NCBI RefSeq assembly: GCF_006345805.1
Contig: NW_021827523.1
Span: 1 to 28,026, forward strand
Source of the DNA: Octopus sinensis
Taxonomy: Eukaryota
DNA: 28,026 bases
Direction: 5' to 3'
Shown here: in pieces, positions 22,268-28,026 of the stretch
Numbering within the stretch: position 1 is the first letter of the stretch
Layout: each line of letters starts with the position of its first letter
Position numbers and translations under genes: made by a program
The notes under the pieces: generated by a model
Databases searched by the model: none
The model's input: the letters and a program-made list of their open reading frames with translations, nothing else
What the model was told of the DNA's origin: nothing

Positions 22268-22737
22268 GAGTGAGAGCAGTGCATGCCATCAAAGTGACAC
22301 TGGGTAAAATATACGAAGCCCAATATACACATCATGACTCTACACGTCTGATAAGGGTACACCAGGCACATGCATCACAACCATATGTGCGCGACATAGT
22401 GATCTCATATCAAGATAAACAGCACATGACTTGCAGGTGGGGCCCAGTTAGAATTTTCTTCAGGTTGAGTAGCCCATCCCGCTCAAAAGGTCCCTGAATA
22501 AGGGTGTTTAAGGATGTTGAAAGAACCACCCATGTTTCCAGAGGTGAATTATTCAAACCCTCAAGAATCCCTCTCAACACAGGCTATGATGCTCCCCAAC
22601 ACTTCTGCTCGTGATCAGAGATGCACATATCGTCAGCCACTAAGGGACATGCTCAACTGGTTAAGGTCAAACAACTGACAAGCAAATCTGTGGTATTGAG
22701 CAGAATATTTGCAGTAGCCCATCTTTTATACCAAGAC
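22268..22737 (-). mobile_element. Unclassified interspersed repeat family D, copy 2
   Basis: Colinear with copy 1; bounded on both sides by (TTA)n. Confidence 0.75.
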
Positions 22738-22768
<31 letters not shown>

Positions 22769-22825
22769 TTATTATATTATTATTATTATTATTATTGTTA
22801 TTGTTATTATTATTATATTATTATT

Positions 22826-25512
22826 CAGTGGTTTTATTTTTATAGCGTGCTTACACTTCACTACCGAGCGCAGCTCTGTGTGCCTTGGGTATGTGCTGTG
22901 ATTTGTTGTGATGCTCTGATGGTTATTGCATGGAAAGTGTTCTGCGTAGGATGTGTGCAGTGCCTAGTAGTGCAATTTCTGTATGTTATATGTGTTTGTA
23001 AGTCCTGGTGTTTTTGTTATGTATTTGTCTGAATATTTTTTTATCATCCTAATGCAAATGCACCTACTATGATAGGAATTGTTTTCTGTTTTCAGTTCCC
23101 ACATTCTAGTTATCTCTATTTCCAGGTCTTTGTATTTTGAGAGTTTCTCCATTTCTTTTAGAGACACGTTGTCATCTGCCGGTATTGATACATCAATTAG
23201 AAAGCATTTTTTTCTTCATGATCTCTGACAACTATATCTGGTCTGTTGGCCTTAATTTCTCTATCTGTGGTATCGGCATATCCCAGAGTATGGTTGCTTT
23301 CTCGTTTTCTGTGACTTTTTCTGGTGTGTGCCTATACCATCTTTTTTCTGTTGTTATTCCATAATGTTGGCATAGCTTCCATGTATGTAGGTTCCAACTC
23401 TGTCATGTCTGTGAATATATTCCTTCTTAGCCAGGACTGGGCAGCTAGAGATAATATGATTTATTGTTTTCTTGTCCATCTCCACATATTCTGCAGTTAC
23501 TTGTAATATTTCTTTTCATTACATGTTTTTGGTAATTTCTTCTGGTGGGGAGGCTTTAGTCTTGTGCTGCAATTAACAATCCCTCTGTTTCTGCTTTGAG
23601 TCCTGAGCTTCTCAACCATTGCTGGGATTTTTCTTTGTCTATTTCTTTTGGCGTTTAGTTTAGTCCAGTATTTACCATGAAGGGGCTTTTCTTGCCAGTC
23701 GTTTTTATCATGGTTCGTTGCTGTTCTATTTTTAGTTTGGATTTCATTTGTTTATAGCTTTTTGTTGTTTCTTCTTCTTCTTCTTCATCTTCTTCTTCTT
23801 CATGTTTATTAGGTGGTATGATTTCTTGTTTGTATTTGTCAGCTTCCTTAAATACTGAGAACAGTTTTTTTGTGTTTTGCTCGTGTTTTGCCGCTATCTG
23901 GATCAGTTTTCCTTCTTCTGAAGTAGAAGTTTGTCAGTCCTATGGTGGTTATTTTATAGTAGTTTTCCAGCTGTATAAGGCCTCTACCACCTTCTATACG
24001 TTGTATATATAGTCTTTCTATGTCAGATTTTTGGTGATGCATCCTAGATCCTGTCATTATTTTTTCTTGTTTTCCTATCTATTTTGGTCAGTTCATTTCG
24101 TGTCCAGTTAAGGATATTGTAGCTGTAACTTATAACTGGGACAGCTAAAGTGTTGATACCTATTATCTTGTTTTTAGCATTGAGCTCTGTTTTTAGTATT
24201 GATCTAACTCGTCTATAATATTCTTTTTTTATTTTCTCTCATTTGTGTGTGTTGTGTCTTATCTATTCATGGATTCCTAAGTATTTGTAAGTTTGGCTTT
24301 GGTCTAATTCTTTTATTTCATTGGTTTTATCTAGTGTGATGTTGTTACTCTTAACTAGTTTTCCTCTTTTCATGGTTACTTTGGCGCATTTTCTAATCCA
24401 AATTTCATATCTATTTCTTTGGTAAATCCATGAACTGTCTTTAATAGTGTTTCCAGCTGTTTGTCATTTGCAGCGTATAGTTTTAGGTCATCCATATATA
24501 AAAGGTGGCTGATCGTTTTGCCGTAACATTTATATCCGCATCCAGTTCTATTTAGTATATCAGATAGAGGTGACAGTGCCAAGCAGAAAAGGAGTGAGAG
24601 AGCGTGTCTCCCTGGAATATTCCTCTTCTAATGGGGATGTCTTTGGTTTTCATGAGTCCCTCTTTTGTTTGGAGGTGTAGACGGTTTGCCATTTATTCAT
24701 AGAGTGCTCTATGAATTTTATGATTGTTGGTGCTACTTTGTTAATGGCTAGTGTTTCGAGGATCCATGTGTGGGGGATGCTATCAAACGCCTTTTTGTAG
24801 TCAATCCAGGCCATACTGAGGCTTTTCTTTCTTCTTTCTGTGGCTGTCTTCAGTTATGGCTTTATTAATCATTAGTTGATCTTTACAGCCATATGAGCCT
24901 TGCGGCATCCTTTCTGCTCTTCTGGGAACAGTTTGTTTTCGTCCAGGTGCTTGTTCAGCCTTTGCGATATCACTGCAGTAAATGCCTTGAACATAGTAGG
25001 GAGGCAGGTTATTGGTCTGTAGTTTTCTGGTTTTGCTGTTTCATTTGATTTGGGAATTAAGATGGTTTTCCCCTTTCGTGAGCCATTCAGGCATCGTCTC
25101 TGCTCTGCTAGTATGTGTTAAAGTTTTCAGCCAGCTTTTTGTGCATTCCTGTTAGATATTTCAACCAGAAGTTGGGGATCTTGTCATGCCCAGGTGCCTT
25201 CCAGTTGCTTAGTCTTTGCAGTGCCTGGGTGACCTCTTCAGGTTGTTATGGGGGTCCAAAGTTGTTCAGATGCCGAGTTTGTTATTTTGATACTCCTTTT
25301 TTTTTGGTTGTTCGTTCGCCGACCATATTTCTCTCCAGAATTCTTCCAATTCTTCTGCCGTTGGTGCTGCAGTGACTCCTATTTTATTTTTTCCCAGTTC
25401 TTGGTAGAACTTTTTGGGGTTGGTGTTGAACTTTTTGTTTTGTTTAAAGAAGCGTTGGCGTTTCTCGTACCGGCGGATCCTTTGTGCTTTGGCAAGGATA
25501 TCTTGCTTCAGC
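22826..25512 (-). mobile_element. 5'-truncated, frameshifted R4/Dong-like non-LTR retrotransposon (RT plus RLE)
   Basis: Minus-strand motifs in order: NWKAPGHDKIPNFWLK, NYRPITCLPT, EQKGC, WIDYKKAFDSIPH, GIFQGD, HLLYMDDLKLY, RLY..R..GGRGL, IISSCPVL..YIHRHD, RPDIVV..LIDV, KEMEKLSKYKDL. Flanked by (TAA)n on both sides. Confidence 0.93.
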
Positions 25513-25534
25513 TTATTATTTTATATTATTATCA

Positions 25535-25602
<68 letters not shown>
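25513..25602. repeat. (TTA)n microsatellite; also at 22223-22267 and 22738-22825
   Basis: Direct reading. Confidence 0.95.
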
Positions 25603-25822
25603 TCATATATACACAACAGATTAGAATTTTGGAAAAGAAAAAAATTCCTAACATCGGGCTACACGTAAACTTGGATGCCAAGAACCATCCTAAGATCCTA
25701 GTTGTCCTTCATAGGACTCTTTTCTGGAGTTGTACTAAATTGGGTTTTATAATTAATATCCTCTATCCAACTGTTCAAATCTTTAGGAAAAGTTCCTAAT
25801 GCACCTATAACTACTGGGATAC
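25603..25822 (-). mobile_element. Extreme 3' end of another R4/Dong-like element
   Basis: IPVVIGALGTFPKDL..W.E, then after a frameshift LQK..L..T.RILRMVLG, short UTR and (TAA)n. Confidence 0.8.
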
Positions 25823-25910
25823 ATATATATATTGTATGAATATATCTACATTTACACCACACAACACACACCCACACACACACATATATATATAATATAT
25901 ATATTATATA

Positions 25911-25949
<39 letters not shown>

Positions 25950-25956
25950 TATATCG

Positions 25957-26142
25957 TGGCACTCCGTAGGTCACGACGACGAGGGTTCCAGTTGATCCGA
26001 TGAACGGAACAGCCTGCTCGTAAAATTAACGTGCAAATGGCTGAGCATCCACAGACATGTGTACCCTTAACGTAGTTTTCGGGGGGGGGGAGATTCAGCG
26101 TAATACAGAATGTGACATGGTTGGCCCTTAGAAATACAGGTA
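25957..26142 (-). mobile_element. SINE family C tail 2 fragment
   Basis: Reverse complement of 12878-13053 and 14908-15066. Confidence 0.85.
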
Positions 26143-26381
26143 AAACAGAAACAGGAAGAAAGAGTGAGAGAAAGTTGTGGTGAAAAAGCACAGCATGGCT
26201 TTATGTGGCTATTCGAGTAAAAATTTGACTCTCATTTCTAGCAATTGCCGGTGCTATTTTGACCTTCATTTATTAATTTCACCTCTTTGGTTTTATTTGC
26301 TAAGTATATTATAATGTATGTAATATATCTCAATATATTGTTATTTTATTATAATGTATTATTGAATATATATATATATAT

Positions 26382-27960
26382 GTTTCGACCAAAGATTGGT
26401 CCAGGCCATGTCTAACTTAATAGCACCACCTGATAGGATTATTTGAATCCTGTTTAAGTCAAGTTTTGTTTATGGTCCATTCAAGTAGTGAGTTTTTGTT
26501 GGGTGAGTTGTATCCAATTATGGGTGGCTTATCTGGTATTCTTTGAAGGAATCTATCCAGACTCCGTTTAAAGTTGATGGGAACCTTTTTCCTCTTTGAT
26601 CTCTTTCGGGACAATGTTAAATAGGGCAGGGCCTGTTGAGGAAAAAATTATGTTGCAGTGTACATGTATGCTGTGATCTTGAATTGGGCAGGGGACGTAT
26701 GGCCCGTGGTCCCGTCTTGGATGAACCTTGAAGCTAATGTTCAGATCGTTTGGACAAAGTTGGCGGTATATCTCCACATCGTACAAATGATGTACCGCTC
26801 ACGGCGACGCTGAGAGAGTAGAGTTTCAGGCTTTAAGGCGATCCCAAAATCGAGAGCAGCCATGCTTCAATTCGTTTAGTGAGTGCCCTCTGGGGTGATT
26901 CAATCCTCGAGATGTTTTGTCTTGTATTGGGGAAACCACAGTGGGCAGCAGTATTCGAGGTGTGGCCGTACAAAAGGGAGAAAAGTGGTATGATGGCACC
27001 TTGTCTCTGGACGGAAAGTTCTTAAGATCCAGGAACTCATCCTACGAGCTATATCGACCTTATTGTTGATGTGTGCACTCCAACTGAGATCGTCATCACC
27101 AATTACACCCAGATCTCTGATATTGTTAGAGGCTGTGAGCGGTTCTCCTGAAGGAAGAGAGTATGGCTTTTTAGTGAGGAATTTCTTCAAAAATGCATCA
27201 CTCAAATTTTCCCTCGTTCAGTTGCATTTGTTTCTGTCTGCCTATTGACTCACAGCATATAGATCAGACTGGAGTTGAGTTCGGTCTGCTCTCTTCATTG
27301 ACGATTTGCTGGAGCTTAGTGTCATCAGCAAATATTTTCACTTTGCAGTAATGTACGACACTGGAAAGGTCGTTTATGTAAATTATGAGAGTAGCGGGCC
27401 CAAACAGTCTCCGGGGGATACCGCAGGTGACTTTTTGCTGGCTTTGAGTGGATTCCATCAACTACAACATGTTGTGTTCTATTCGCCAGGAAATACTTAA
27501 TCGGTGTAGAACTTTTCCACGGATTCCAACAGTTGCCAATTTTGAGAGTAGGATGTTATGGTCCTACCCTGTCGAACGCTTTACTGAAGTCAAGATATAT
27601 GACATCAGAGTTCGAACCTGTTCCCAAGGCTTTGAGTATATCTTCATGTGGTGTAAGAGCTGAGTTAGACAGTCCCTGCCACAGCGAAAGCCATGCTGAT
27701 TTGCATTTAGGATTTGTGGGTCTCCAGGAGTCAGCTATCCTCGATCTTAACACTCTTTCAAACACTTTAATGATGTAGGAGGTGAGTGAGATTGGGCGAT
27801 AGTTGACTGCGAGGAATCTGTTTTCCGCCTGTTGGAAAACCGGGATGACTGACTGGGATAAAACTGTTCGGTATAAACCTGCATCTAACGGAATTTCTCT
27901 CCAGAGGTTGGTCAGAGGGACTGCTAGTTGGGTGTCCTACATTCTTTCGTGGAGACTAGC
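26382..27960 (-). mobile_element. 5'-truncated, disrupted CR1/L2-group LINE (reverse transcriptase and 3' end)
   Basis: NYRPISLTS..KVFER, DVIYLDFSKAFDRV, G(I)P..GP..IYINDL, KIFADDTKL, RDLGV..D.DLSW..HI, FVRPHLEYC..LW.P; terminates at a (TA)n tract. Exact clade not resolvable by eye. Confidence 0.9.
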
Positions 27961-27978
27961 GGGGAATCTATGTATTAA

Positions 27979-28026
<48 letters not shown>

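Overview
AT-rich, microsatellite-saturated eukaryotic non-coding DNA. The repeat repertoire suggests a cephalopod (probably Octopus) intron or intergenic region; this is inference, not a database result. No host protein-coding gene can be supported: nearly all ORFs in the track are translations of (TATG)n, (TA)n, (CA)n, (TTA)n or (GAT)n arrays. The real protein-like remnants are all retrotransposon-derived: three R4/Dong-type RLE non-LTR pieces (1659-2290 +, 22826-25512 -, 25603-25822 -) and a disrupted CR1/L2-group LINE RT (26382-27960 -). The window also holds about 17 copies of three tRNA-headed SINE families, two with clear 16-bp TSDs, and an unclassified ~500-bp non-coding repeat. Most interesting: (1) several hammerhead-ribozyme folds with a recurrent U4C core (CCGAYGA), two of them arranged as a ~160-bp loopless palindrome and probably Penelope-like pLTR remnants; (2) a train of elements separated by (TAA)n, including a candidate Dong-dependent non-autonomous element; (3) multimeric SINEs inserted as single units; (4) a higher-order array of GCCATnATGGC palindromes.
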